NCBI GenBank assembly: GCA_963770895.1
Contig: CAVYRF010000001.1
Span: forward strand, 768,001 to 832,000
Length of the DNA: 64,000 bases
DNA from: an uncultured Acidobacteriota bacterium
GTDB taxonomy: Bacteria; Acidobacteriota; Thermoanaerobaculia; Multivoradales; UBA5704
Reading direction: 5' to 3'
A model generated the notes under the pieces. It made no database searches. It saw nothing but the letters and a program-made list of their open reading frames with translations, and was not told the DNA's origin. Both the position numbers and the translations under genes were made by a program. Shown here one piece after another: positions 49,843 to 59,018 of the stretch (its first letter is position 1; each line of letters opens with the position of its first letter).

Positions 49843-50274
49843 TCAGGCTGGTGCCGGCGGCATAAAGGGATTGACGATCTCGATGCCGCATTCAAAGAAG
49901 TCGCGGACGTTGCGGGTGGCGATTGCGAAGCTATGCAAGCGGGCAATCGCCGCGATCTGGCCGTCAGGTACACCGAGAGGCCGGCCGATTTCCTTGCGCC
50001 GTGCCATCACCTCCCCATAGTGTGTAGCTGCGTGCTCGTCAAAGGCCAGAATGCGGCCTGCGAAGGCGTTCGCGATGATCTGATCAAAGCCTCGCTCGAT
50101 CGCGTGGCGCCGTTGCCCCTTGGGCGTGATGCGAAGGCCGTAGCGAATCTCGCCCACTGTGACAGCGGTCAGGAAGAGCGACGCCGAGTCCTGTGCGTTG
50201 AACCATGTGACGACGGCTGGCGCTGGAGACGGTTTCATGACCTCCGCCACGACGTTTGTATCGACGATGATCAT
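49843..50274 (-). CDS. VapC/FitB PIN-domain toxin
   Basis: IIVDTNVVAE, EIRYG, DGQIAAIA and ATRNVRDF. Confidence 0.95.
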   Translation of the reverse strand: MIIVDTNVVAEVMKPSPAPAVVTWFNAQDSASLFLTAVTVGEIRYGLRITPKGQRRHAIERGFDQIIANAFAGRILAFDEHAATHYGEVMARRKEIGRPLGVPDGQIAAIARLHSFAIATRNVRDFFECGIEIVNPFMPPAPA

Positions 50275-50291
50275 CGCCTGGGCGCGCGTGG

Positions 50292-50522
50292 CTACTCGAG
50301 CTCGGGTGGCTCATGCGGCTGGCGTGTAGGCAGGCTCAGCTCGAGGCCTCGAGCGGCGCCGAAGGTCTTCACGAAAAGATCTCCCAGCCGGCCCGGCGGT
50401 GCGACAGCCCTGGCGAGGATGCGTCGGGCTTCCTCTTCCATGGACACTCTGTCACGCGCGGCCCGCTCCTTGAGACGCTCATACGTCTGGTCGTCGAGTC
50501 TCCGAATGGTCAGGTTCGCCAT
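50292..50522 (-). CDS. FitA-like ribbon-helix-helix antitoxin
   Basis: MANLTIRRLDD..LKERAA..SMEEEARRIL. Confidence 0.92.
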   Translation of the reverse strand: MANLTIRRLDDQTYERLKERAARDRVSMEEEARRILARAVAPPGRLGDLFVKTFGAARGLELSLPTRQPHEPPELE

Positions 50523-50542
50523 CTGCGAGCGCCTCCGATCAC

Positions 50543-50562
50543 CATGCTAGCACATGCTAGCA
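50543..50562. promoter_or_regulatory. Tandem palindromic TGCTAGCA boxes, probable FitAB-type operator
   Basis: CATGCTAGCA x2 about 20 bp upstream of the antitoxin start; resembles the TGCTATCA half-site bound by Neisseria FitAB. Confidence 0.6.
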
Positions 50563-50733
50563 CAGTGACTGATCTTGATCCGCGGTGACCGCGGCGCCAC
50601 GACCGCCGGCCGGCCAGCCGGTGCGGCCGCCCCTTGCAACGTCCGCGCGACAATGCTAAATTAGTTCGTGCTGCAACTAAGCGTGCGCAGACTTTGCCTG
50701 CGCGCGTCCATTTCAACTTGGGAGGAGGATCTC

Positions 50734-51279
50734 ATGCGTCAACAGAAATATCGTCGTGGTGTGTCCGGAGCGGTCGTGCTGGCCGCGGTCGTCCTGTTGC
50801 TGGGCGCGGCAGCGCAAGCCAACGCCGGGCCGACCTGTAAGATCAACGCGGAGGGCGTGAGCGTCTGCTTCGGCGCCTATGCGCTGTGCGACAAGGCGGT
50901 CTGCAAGCAGCTGCCCGGCGGCAAGAAGGCGGAATGCACCTGCCCGGTGGACGACGGTCCGTCCTTTGCCAATCTCAGCCAGACCAACGGCACCTGCACG
51001 CCGAGCACCAAGGGCGGCGTCTATTCGTTTTTCTCGCTCAAGGGCTTTGGCTCCAGCGGCACGCTGACCTGCCCGAGCGGCTCGCACTGGGCCCAGTGCT
51101 GGAACGCCCCCTGCGAAATGCTCCCAGGCGGCAAGGAAGCCAAGTGCGTCTGCCCGCTCTGCACCAGCAGCTACGCGACACCGGGAGGCGACTGCAATCC
51201 TGCCAACTGCGGGACGGAAATCCTGATCGGCGCGCCGTTCCCGGTCAAGGGTACCAGCGGCATGTGCAAGGCAAAGTAG
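50734..51279 (+). CDS. Secreted cysteine-rich protein (16 Cys, internal duplication)
   Basis: RBS GGAGGAGG; signal peptide ending ANA; two C..C-x4-C..LPGGK.A.CxCP repeats. Confidence 0.8.
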   Translation: MRQQKYRRGVSGAVVLAAVVLLLGAAAQANAGPTCKINAEGVSVCFGAYALCDKAVCKQLPGGKKAECTCPVDDGPSFANLSQTNGTCTPSTKGGVYSFFSLKGFGSSGTLTCPSGSHWAQCWNAPCEMLPGGKEAKCVCPLCTSSYATPGGDCNPANCGTEILIGAPFPVKGTSGMCKAK

Positions 51280-51841
51280 CGCCAGTCCACGCCGCACCTG
51301 ACCGCCGGCCAGCTCGGCTGGCCGGCGGGCGCCCCCCGGGACGGGAAGATGGGGCGACCGCCATCGCGACCGGCGCTGTCGAGGGTGCTGTCCTGGGACA
51401 GCACGCTGCCGATTGACGGATTGCGAAATCCGCGTGGTTTGCGGTATAGGTTAACAATCCAAAAACGGCAGCGCGCCGGGCGCGATGGCACTGACCAACC
51501 TCTGCGCCAGGAGCACCAGAGCACCGCGATCGCCGGCCCGTTCCAGCCGCCGCCGGCCGCGACCGGTGATGCGCCTTCCCCCAAAGCCTGCCTCCGGACG
51601 ACAACCCCGTCCGTCGCGCCACACCCCCGGCGCCCGCCTCGCTCACCGCGAGCGCCCGCCCGGCCGTGCCGCGCCCCGAGCCGCCCCCCGGCGGCAAGGG
51701 GCTCGTTCTGGAGCCGCCGTAGCACTCGCAGCGTCCCCCGAGCGCCGGTCGAATTCCCCCCAGGCCAGGCCTCCTCCCGGAGTCGCCGCGGCGGCCGCGG
51801 CGGCCGGCGCCCCCGCGGTGCGCCGGAGGGCCAGCTCATCT

Positions 51842-51870
51842 TTGATATAGGCAATGCTGGTATATAGTAT
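51842..51870 (+). promoter_or_regulatory. Possible sigma-70 promoter
   Basis: TTGATA-17 bp-TAGTAT in an AT-rich patch about 60 bp upstream of the 51928 gene. Confidence 0.35.
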
Positions 51871-51927
51871 GACGACAGGGCTGATTTCGTAAGTACTGGT
51901 TGCACGCAAGGACCAGGGGAGGGTCGT

Positions 51928-52743
51928 ATGACCACCACCGCCTCGCAGCCTCTTATGAGCACCCTATCCGCTTCGTCGTGCAGGGATTATCGCCGTTCGG
52001 CAACGGGCCGCCGGCGTCTCACGATCGCCATCCTGGGGCTGGCCATCGCGCTTGTCGCGCTGGGGAGCCAGGCCGCATCCGGCCAGCTGCTGCAGGCCGG
52101 CAACAGCTCCGCCTTTGGCGAATCGATCTCGCTGCAGCTGCTGTCGCTGCTCGGACCGCCGCTGGTGACGGTGAGCAGCGGACCGCTGCCGACCGTCGCC
52201 GGTTCCGCGCCGCCCTCCTACTCCGCGACCCAGACGGCCGTCTCGGTCGGGGTTTCGGCGCCGATTCTGGGCAACATCCTCCAGACCGGGCTGCTGCGGG
52301 TGGATGCGGCCTCCCAGACGACGCCGGCCGGCGTCGAAAGCGACTCCACCGTCTCAGGCGTTCAGCTCAGCGTCGGCGCGCTGGGAGCGCTGGTGAACCT
52401 GGCCGCGGACACCATCGGCACCCAGACCATCCTCACCTGTGCCGGCTACCTGCCCGCGACGACGGGCACGCTCACCTTGACCAATCCGCGCCTGAGCGTG
52501 CTGGGCGTCGCCGTGGCCGTCGCCCCCAATCTGCCGCCCAACACCGTGCTGATCAACCTCCTGGGCATCACGGTGACGGCCAACGAACAGATCCTGGTCA
52601 GCACCGGCCCCACCAACGATCTGGTGGTCAACGCCATCCACGTCTCCTTCAACGGGGCCTCCATGGTCGGCCTGGGACTGCTGAACGGCGACATCGTGCT
52701 GGCGCAGTCCCACGTTCAGCTGCGTTGCCTCTCGCCCGAATAG
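51928..52743 (+). CDS. Secreted beta-rich protein (choice-of-anchor P-like)
   Basis: Hydrophobic signal region; PPNT, NEQ, VNAIHV and DIVLAQS..C C-terminal motifs. Confidence 0.7.
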   Translation: MTTTASQPLMSTLSASSCRDYRRSATGRRRLTIAILGLAIALVALGSQAASGQLLQAGNSSAFGESISLQLLSLLGPPLVTVSSGPLPTVAGSAPPSYSATQTAVSVGVSAPILGNILQTGLLRVDAASQTTPAGVESDSTVSGVQLSVGALGALVNLAADTIGTQTILTCAGYLPATTGTLTLTNPRLSVLGVAVAVAPNLPPNTVLINLLGITVTANEQILVSTGPTNDLVVNAIHVSFNGASMVGLGLLNGDIVLAQSHVQLRCLSPE

Positions 52744-52856
52744 CCGCAATGCGGGCGCAGCCGCGCCAGCAGCTCGCGCCCGCCCTGCCTGACACCATCC
52801 CATCCCGCCCCCGGCCGCCATCCTGCCGACCCGCCGGGGGCGGCCTTAGTACGCCT

Positions 52857-55800
52857 CTACTGCCCCTGCGTCCGCACCGGCGGCTCCGGCCGCTTGGGGT
52901 AGGCCTTGGGATCGGCAGCGATCTTCTTCATCACCTCCGCCACCCCGCGCTCCAGCTGGGGATCGCGGCCGTCGAGGACGGACGCGACGTCGTTGGGCAC
53001 CACGATGTCCGGATCGACGCCGTGCCCTTCGATGATCCATTTGCCTTCCAGCGACACCGACCCGGCCTCGGGCACGAAGATCTGGCCGCCGTCGATCATG
53101 GGGCCGTGATAGTTGATGCCCACGACCCCTCCCCAGGTGCGCGTGCCGATCAGCGGACCCAGGCCGAGCTGGCGGAACATGTAGGGGAAGATGTCGCCGT
53201 CCGAGCCGGAGCCCTCGTTGAGCAGGCACGCCATGTGGCCGTAGAACGCCTCCTGCGGATAGGGCATCGGATCGGCGTCGGTGCGCCCGAAGTCCACCGC
53301 CAGCGGGTGACGCGCCAGCCGCTCCAGCAGGATCGGCGAGATGAAGCCGCCGCCGTTGTCGCGCACGTCGACGATCAGTCCTTCCTTGCGGACCTGGCCG
53401 AAGTACCACTTGTCGAATTCCCGCATCCCGTCTTCGCCCATGTCGGGCAGATGGATGTAGCCGAGCCGGCCGCCGCTCAGGCGGGTCACCTCTTCGCGGT
53501 TGTGGTTCACCCAGGCCAGGTAGATCAGGTGCTCCTCGGTCTCGATCGGCCGGAAGGTGATCTCCCTGGCGCCGTCCAGGGTGGGCTTGGCGTTGACCGT
53601 CATGCGCACCGGCCGGTCCGCCTTGTGGCGCAGCAGCCGGTAGGGATTGTCGCTGCCGGCAAGATCCTCGCCGTCGATCGCCAGCACGTAGTCGCCCGCG
53701 TGAACGTGCACGCCCACCTCGGTCAGCGGCGAGCGGTACAGGTCCTCTTCGTTCTGGCCGTCGTAGATCCTGGCGATCCGGTAGCGTCCGGCCTTGGCAT
53801 CCAGCTCGAAGCGCGCGCCCGGCAGCGCCACCTTGGGGCTGGGCGGCGCCTTGTAGTCGCCGCCGGCGATGTAGGAGTGCGAATTGTTCAGCTCGGCGAT
53901 CATCTCGCCGATGATGTAGTTCACGTCCGACCGGTGGCCGGCGTAGGCGAGCAGCGGCTCGTACTGCCGGCGCAGCGCCTCCCAGTCGTAGCCGTTCATG
54001 GTCGGCACGTAGAAATAGTCGCGGTAGCGGCGCCACGCCTCGCGGAACACCTCAGCCCACTCTTCGGCCGGCACGCGATCGACCATCATGCCGCCAGTAT
54101 CGATCGTCTTTTTGGCATCCTTGCCGGCGACCGTGGCGTCGTACACGTTGTAATGCCCGTCCTCGGTCGCCAGCAGCTTGCTGCCGTCCTGCGACAGGGC
54201 ATAATCGCTCACGTTTTCGGCGAACGTCACCATCTTGCGGTCCTTGATGGTAAAGATCAGCAACGCCGGCTTGAACGGCGGTTCGTTCAAGGTGTTGGGC
54301 GGCTGCTTGACAAAGAACAGCCGGCCGTCGGCGGCACGCAACGAACCGTAGTTGTCGAAGGGCACCGGCGCCCGCACCACCCGCGAGCCAAGCCCGTCAA
54401 AGTCGATCCTGGTGCAAGCCGGCGCCGCCGCCGCCTTGCCGTCCTTGTCCTTGCCGTCCTTGCGATCCTTGCCGTCCGTGTCCGCCTGGCCGGCCGCGCC
54501 CTTCTTGCCGCCCTTCGCCGCGTGCCCGCCGCCCTCTTCGCCGGCGTTCTTTTCCTCCGCCAGCGTCACCGAATCCTCCTCGGGAGAGAACAGGTTGGCG
54601 ACGTCCTTGCGCAGCGCCAGAGCGAAGACGCCGACGTTGCGGTCCTGGGCAAAGTTGAAATCCACCGCGTCGAACTGCCCCAGGTACGAGCGCGCCGACA
54701 GGTAGAACAGGTAGTCCCCCTTGGGATCCCACGCCGGGCTGAAGGCCTGGAACAGCGGGTCGGTCACCTGCCGCAGCTTGCCGTCCGCCACGCTCCACAT
54801 CCACAGCGAGCGGAAGGTGTTGGCGTTGGCCATGCTGAACGCCAGGTGGCCGCCGCAAGGCGACCACGCGTAATCGTGGATCTGGCCGCGCACGTCGTGC
54901 GCCACTTCGATCAGCGTCCGATCGGCCACCGACACCACCCACAGCCGGCCGTCCTTGTCGGAAAACGCCAGCCGTTTGCCGTCCGGCGCCCACTCGGGCG
55001 CAAAGCGCTGCACCTTGCCGCCGCTGGTCAGCCGCTCCGGCTTGCCCACTCCCAGGGCGTCGACGACGTAGATCTCCTCTTCGCCGGTGCCGTCCGAGAT
55101 GTAGGCGATCTTGCGGCCGTCCGGCGACCAGCGCGCCCCCTTGTCGTGAGCGTCCGACGAGCGGGTGAGATTGCGCGTCACCCCCTTTTCGATCGGCGTG
55201 TTGAATATGTCGCCGCGCGCCGCGAACACCGCGCGCTCCCCCTTGGGCGACAGCGCGGCGTCCTCGACCTGGTCGGCCGCCGCGACCTGGGACGGCCGCG
55301 TATCCAGCCCGTCGCTGGGAACGTCGATCGCCAGGTGCCGCGCTTGCCCGGAGCGGGTATCGAACACGTTCAGCTCGCCGTTCAGCTCGTAGACGATCTG
55401 CCCCTCCGCGTCGGCGCTCGGCCAGCGCACGTCCCACTGCGTGCTGGAGGTCAGCTGCGCGGTGGCGCCGCTCGCCAGGTCGTAGGAGTAGAGGTTGAGC
55501 GTGCCGGTGCGGTCCGAATCGAAATAGATCTTGTTGCCGATCCACATCGGATCGCGCTCGGTGCGCGGCGTGTTGGTGATCTGCCGGGTCGCATGCGTCG
55601 TCAGGTCGAAGATCCAGAGATCCTGCGCCCAGCCCCCCTGGTAGCGCTTCCAGGTGCGGAAGTCGCGAGCGAACGGGGTGTAGACCACCTTCTTGCCGTC
55701 CGGAGACAGGTTGGCGCCGCCGCTCGCCGGCATGGGCAGCGGCTCGGGCAGCCCCCCGGTCACCGGCACGGAGTAGATGCGGCTCTGGCCGTGCGACCAG

Positions 55801-56276
55801 CCGTCGCGCATGGATCGGAAGTACACCGCCTTGCCGTCCGGCGTCCAGCCGTAGACCTGGTTGTCATACCCCCAGCGCGGCGGCAACGGTCCGCGCGCCG
55901 GGTAGAAGGTCAGCTGCTTGGGCACGCCGCCGGTCGCCGGAATGACGTAGACCTGCTCGTCGCCGTCGTATTGCCCGGTGAACGCGATCCACTTGCCGTC
56001 AGGCGAAAACCTGGCAAACAGCTCCAGCCCAGGATGGGCGGTCAGCCGCGTCGCCGTCCCGCCGCCGACCGGCGCCGTCCACAGGTCGCCGGCATAGGTG
56101 AACGCCACCTTGTCCCGATAGATCGCGGGAAACCGCAGCAGCTTGGTCTGGCCGAACGCCGCGCCGGCAGCCGCTCCAGCCGCCACGACGAAGCACACGA
56201 CGAATCGCGCCACGCGGGCGATGCGCGCGACGCGAGCCCCGCCAGCGGCGGGGGTGCTGCGGAAAACTCGCTGCAT
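52857..56276 (-). CDS. Tricorn protease homologue (peptidase S41 with beta-propellers and PDZ domain)
   Basis: LLRFPAI..FTYAGDLW, WKRYQGG, GYIHLPDM, DVRDNGGG, GSDGD (catalytic Ser), RTWGG and EGHGVDPDI. Confidence 0.95.
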   Translation of the reverse strand: MQRVFRSTPAAGGARVARIARVARFVVCFVVAAGAAAGAAFGQTKLLRFPAIYRDKVAFTYAGDLWTAPVGGGTATRLTAHPGLELFARFSPDGKWIAFTGQYDGDEQVYVIPATGGVPKQLTFYPARGPLPPRWGYDNQVYGWTPDGKAVYFRSMRDGWSHGQSRIYSVPVTGGLPEPLPMPASGGANLSPDGKKVVYTPFARDFRTWKRYQGGWAQDLWIFDLTTHATRQITNTPRTERDPMWIGNKIYFDSDRTGTLNLYSYDLASGATAQLTSSTQWDVRWPSADAEGQIVYELNGELNVFDTRSGQARHLAIDVPSDGLDTRPSQVAAADQVEDAALSPKGERAVFAARGDIFNTPIEKGVTRNLTRSSDAHDKGARWSPDGRKIAYISDGTGEEEIYVVDALGVGKPERLTSGGKVQRFAPEWAPDGKRLAFSDKDGRLWVVSVADRTLIEVAHDVRGQIHDYAWSPCGGHLAFSMANANTFRSLWMWSVADGKLRQVTDPLFQAFSPAWDPKGDYLFYLSARSYLGQFDAVDFNFAQDRNVGVFALALRKDVANLFSPEEDSVTLAEEKNAGEEGGGHAAKGGKKGAAGQADTDGKDRKDGKDKDGKAAAAPACTRIDFDGLGSRVVRAPVPFDNYGSLRAADGRLFFVKQPPNTLNEPPFKPALLIFTIKDRKMVTFAENVSDYALSQDGSKLLATEDGHYNVYDATVAGKDAKKTIDTGGMMVDRVPAEEWAEVFREAWRRYRDYFYVPTMNGYDWEALRRQYEPLLAYAGHRSDVNYIIGEMIAELNNSHSYIAGGDYKAPPSPKVALPGARFELDAKAGRYRIARIYDGQNEEDLYRSPLTEVGVHVHAGDYVLAIDGEDLAGSDNPYRLLRHKADRPVRMTVNAKPTLDGAREITFRPIETEEHLIYLAWVNHNREEVTRLSGGRLGYIHLPDMGEDGMREFDKWYFGQVRKEGLIVDVRDNGGGFISPILLERLARHPLAVDFGRTDADPMPYPQEAFYGHMACLLNEGSGSDGDIFPYMFRQLGLGPLIGTRTWGGVVGINYHGPMIDGGQIFVPEAGSVSLEGKWIIEGHGVDPDIVVPNDVASVLDGRDPQLERGVAEVMKKIAADPKAYPKRPEPPVRTQGQ

Positions 56277-56494
56277 TGGGACCTCCCCTGAGAACCGACC
56301 CGGCCAAGTCTATGCGCGAAGGGCCGGCGTCCGCGAGCCAATACGACGCGACAGCCTTCTTTGTTTCCCACGACCGGCATTGCCTAGCCTGCCGCTCTTG
56401 CTTCGCGGAACCCGTCGAACCGGTTTGCCAGCCGCACCCGGCGGCCGCCGAAACGCCGCGCGCCGCGACCGGAGGCGGGCGCCTGGCGCCGGGG

Positions 56495-56642
56495 CTAGTA
56501 CTACAGTGTCACAAACTCGCACAGGCTGCCGTGCAAGTTGTTCTGTCTCAGTACTTTGCGTATTTCAATTGAATACTTCTGAAAATTTCGTGGAATTCAA
56601 CGCTGGCAGGCTTTTTCTGCTGGCGTGACACAGTAGTACTAG
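56495..56642. mobile_element. MITE-like element with terminal inverted repeats, bounded by CTAG
   Basis: CTAGTACTACAGTGTCAC ... GTGACACAGTAGTACTAG (1 mismatch in 18); AT-rich interior. Confidence 0.75.
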
Positions 56643-56723
56643 CGCCCGGAATCGTGCTTCACGGCAGGGCCATGGCGGGCCACCCAGGAGGGCGGCCCGC
56701 CGCCGGGGGCCTGGCGCTGCCGG

Positions 56724-57548
56724 TCAGCCGGCTTGCCCGAAGCGCTGCGCGGCAAGCCGTGCATCGGCCGGCGCGTCGCCGGCGGTAGACACGCTGGACC
56801 GGCAGACCGAGTCGTCACCCTGTGCCGCGACATCCGGCGATGCCGCCGCGGAGCTTTCCGCCGGCCGGTGGAAGGCGCGGATCAGCTGCCGATGGTCAAT
56901 CAGGCCGCACAGAACCGCGAGCGCGCCATAGACGCTTGCAGTCTTGTAGAAGGCCATCCAGGTATCGGGATCGAGCAGGTGCAGCCCACCGCCGCTGCAG
57001 GCGATTGTCAGCAGGATGGTGCCCGCCAAGGCGACGTGCGCCTGGTCAGGCCGGTGGTCCCGCTCGATCCACCAGTTGCCGAGAAAGGCCGCCGCCGCAA
57101 GCAGGTACAGGCCGCTCGCCATTGCGAGCTTGTGATTGGAGAGCACGGCCGGCGGAAAAATCGCCGCAAGCGCGATGAACAGGCCGAGCACGAGGCCCAC
57201 TCCGATGGGGATGAGTTGTCGCTGCGTGACGGGGGACTGCAACGGCGATCCGACTGGATTGGCGACGGCGAGCTGTTGCGCGGGGCCGGCACGACGATCC
57301 AAGGGATTGACCACGCCGACCCTTGCCGCGTAGTACGGCCTGGCGTACCGGAACTGCCAGTAGAGCACCAGGCCCATGACGCACAAGGACAAGACCTGGA
57401 GAGAAATCGCCAGCTCCGTTCGCCCGGCCAGGTGGGGCACGCCTGTTGCCATCAAGATCAGGCCGACCGGAACGGTGCAGCGCAATCCCTGGAGCTGGTT
57501 GAAATGGCGGGTCAGAAAGCTGATCCTGTCGAGCTCGCTTGCTTGCAT
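56724..57548 (-). CDS. Hypothetical multi-pass membrane protein
   Basis: TRHFNQLQGL N-terminal and GLIDHRQL C-terminal motifs; about six hydrophobic segments; RBS AGGAG. Confidence 0.7.
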   Translation of the reverse strand: MQASELDRISFLTRHFNQLQGLRCTVPVGLILMATGVPHLAGRTELAISLQVLSLCVMGLVLYWQFRYARPYYAARVGVVNPLDRRAGPAQQLAVANPVGSPLQSPVTQRQLIPIGVGLVLGLFIALAAIFPPAVLSNHKLAMASGLYLLAAAAFLGNWWIERDHRPDQAHVALAGTILLTIACSGGGLHLLDPDTWMAFYKTASVYGALAVLCGLIDHRQLIRAFHRPAESSAAASPDVAAQGDDSVCRSSVSTAGDAPADARLAAQRFGQAG

Positions 57549-57720
57549 ACATGTCTCCTCGCTGCAAACAGTCTCGCAGACATCTCAATTCATGTCAACA
57601 GGTCTGTCATGCAAACTTTGCTCGCCGGGAGGGCCAGGGCGAGCTCGTCGGCGCAAAGCGCGGCACCAGGTTGTCGCCGCGGCGCCGTGGCGCGGCACTC
57701 CGGCATGCCGCGCCGTGCCG

Positions 57721-57762
57721 GCGGCATCGCGCGACATCGCGCGGCATCGCGGCGGCATTCGC
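57721..57762. repeat. Four phased ~10-bp direct repeats (GCGGCATCGC)
   Basis: gcggcatcgc gcgacatcgc gcggcatcgc g gcggcattcgc. Confidence 0.75.
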
Positions 57763-57810
57763 GCGGGGCTCGCAACCCATGCCGCACCCTATGAAAAGCG
57801 CTTGCGGGCC

Positions 57811-57826
57811 GGGCATGGGCCTTGCG
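57811..57826 (+). promoter_or_regulatory. Putative sigma-54 (-24/-12) promoter
   Basis: GGGCATG-GGCC-TTGCG has the GG-N10-GC spacing of TGGCACG-N4-TTGC; upstream of the AidA/PixA-like operon and near a sigma-54 activator gene. Confidence 0.55.
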
Positions 57827-58011
57827 ATGTAGGAATCGCGAAACGCCACAACGGCCGCTCCTGACACGGCGGCTCCGATCACAGATCTGAAGGAGGTTCG
57901 CGATGAGCTTGCCGTCCGACCGTGGCCGTGCTCCGCCTGTCAGGGCGCGGCGACCGATCAGAAGTTCCGTCAAAACATTGCCAACGTGGGTACCATGAAA
58001 GGAGAAACGGA

Positions 58012-58449
58012 ATGTCATTCACTACCAATCAGGCCAGCGTCTTCGTGCAGATCTGGGTGGACACCAACGCGGCCAAGCAGGGCTCGACCGCCGGCGTCTA
58101 CCTGGTGGACAACCGCTTCAGCAGCGGCAGCGGCAACGAGGGCACGCCGAACCTCTCGACCGCCGCCAGCAAGAACTCGATCGTCTGCTGGCAGGCCTCG
58201 TCGATCGATCCCAACGACACCTCGCTCATCCAGATCCAGGCGTTCGGCAACAGCAACGTCTGGGGCCCGACGGGCATCCCGCAACCCGCCGGCGACATCC
58301 CGACGGCATGGGTCGGCCAGGTGCAGAACGCCGGCCAGGCGGGCTACACGATCACCCTCACCGTGCAGCTCGGCGCCGGTTCGGGCCAGACCATCACCGT
58401 CAGCCCCTCCATGAACGTCCTGGCGTCCGCCGCGGCGGTCGCCGCCTGA
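58012..58449 (+). CDS. AidA/PixA (inclusion body protein)-like protein 1
   Basis: RBS AAAGGAG; IWVDT..GVYLVDN..GSGNEG..L..IVCW..IDPN..WVGQ..YTI; paralogue of the next gene. Confidence 0.7.
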   Translation: MSFTTNQASVFVQIWVDTNAAKQGSTAGVYLVDNRFSSGSGNEGTPNLSTAASKNSIVCWQASSIDPNDTSLIQIQAFGNSNVWGPTGIPQPAGDIPTAWVGQVQNAGQAGYTITLTVQLGAGSGQTITVSPSMNVLASAAAVAA

Positions 58450-58475
58450 CCCTCAGTTCCCAGGAGAGACAAATC

Positions 58476-58934
58476 ATGTTCCCCAATCGAATGGTCGTCG
58501 CGCAGGCTCCGCTGCTCAAGCCCCAAACCTCGATTCAGATCGCGGTCGACACCGCGTACGTGATCGGCCAGGCCGGCAAGGACATCGGCGCCGGCGTCTA
58601 CATGATGGACAACCGGGTCTCGAACGGCAGCAAGGGCGAGGGCAACCTCGAGTTGCACACCTCGGCGAACGTCGGCGACCTGGTCGGCTTCCGCGTCCAC
58701 CCGATCAATCCCAACGGCAACGACAGCGTCGAGATCACCGGCTTCAACGTGTCGAGCGGCAGCGTCTTCGGCAGCAACGGCACGCCGCGCGAGCAGCAGA
58801 CACCGGACTACTGGATCGGCCAGGCGCTGAATGCCGGAAACCAGACCTACCAGATCCAGATCAAGGTCACCAGCGGCGGCCTCCAGCCGCTGTCGTACTT
58901 CGTCAATTGGGACCCGTTCCTCACCGCTCACTGA
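58476..58934 (+). CDS. AidA/PixA-like protein 2
   Basis: RBS AGGAG; IAVDT..GVYMMDN..GEGNLELHTSANVGD..YQIQI..YFVNWDPFL. Confidence 0.78.
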   Translation: MFPNRMVVAQAPLLKPQTSIQIAVDTAYVIGQAGKDIGAGVYMMDNRVSNGSKGEGNLELHTSANVGDLVGFRVHPINPNGNDSVEITGFNVSSGSVFGSNGTPREQQTPDYWIGQALNAGNQTYQIQIKVTSGGLQPLSYFVNWDPFLTAH

Positions 58935-58952
58935 GGCGGGGCGCGATCCACC

Positions 58953-58981
58953 GGGCGGCGGTGCTTCCTGCGCCGCCGCCC
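58953..58981 (+). terminator. Intra-operon GC-rich hairpin
   Basis: GGGCGGCGGTGC-TTCCT-GCGCCGCCGCCC between genes 2 and 3 of the operon. Confidence 0.5.
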
Positions 58982-59018
58982 CCCCTTAAACGCGGTTCGC
59001 CACTAGGAGGGAATTCCG

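Noticed and set aside
51300-51840. Long intergenic region examined for a riboswitch, ncRNA or tRNA
   Set aside because: No recognisable aptamer consensus or cloverleaf by eye; an Rfam/Infernal scan would be needed to exclude one
51900-56291. 1463-aa plus-strand ORF and many other long overlapping ORFs (e.g. 816-3089, 14387-16825, 36783-39755, 41964-44528)
   Set aside because: Antisense or off-frame shadows of real genes in very GC-rich DNA; Arg/Ala/Pro-rich with no recognisable motifs
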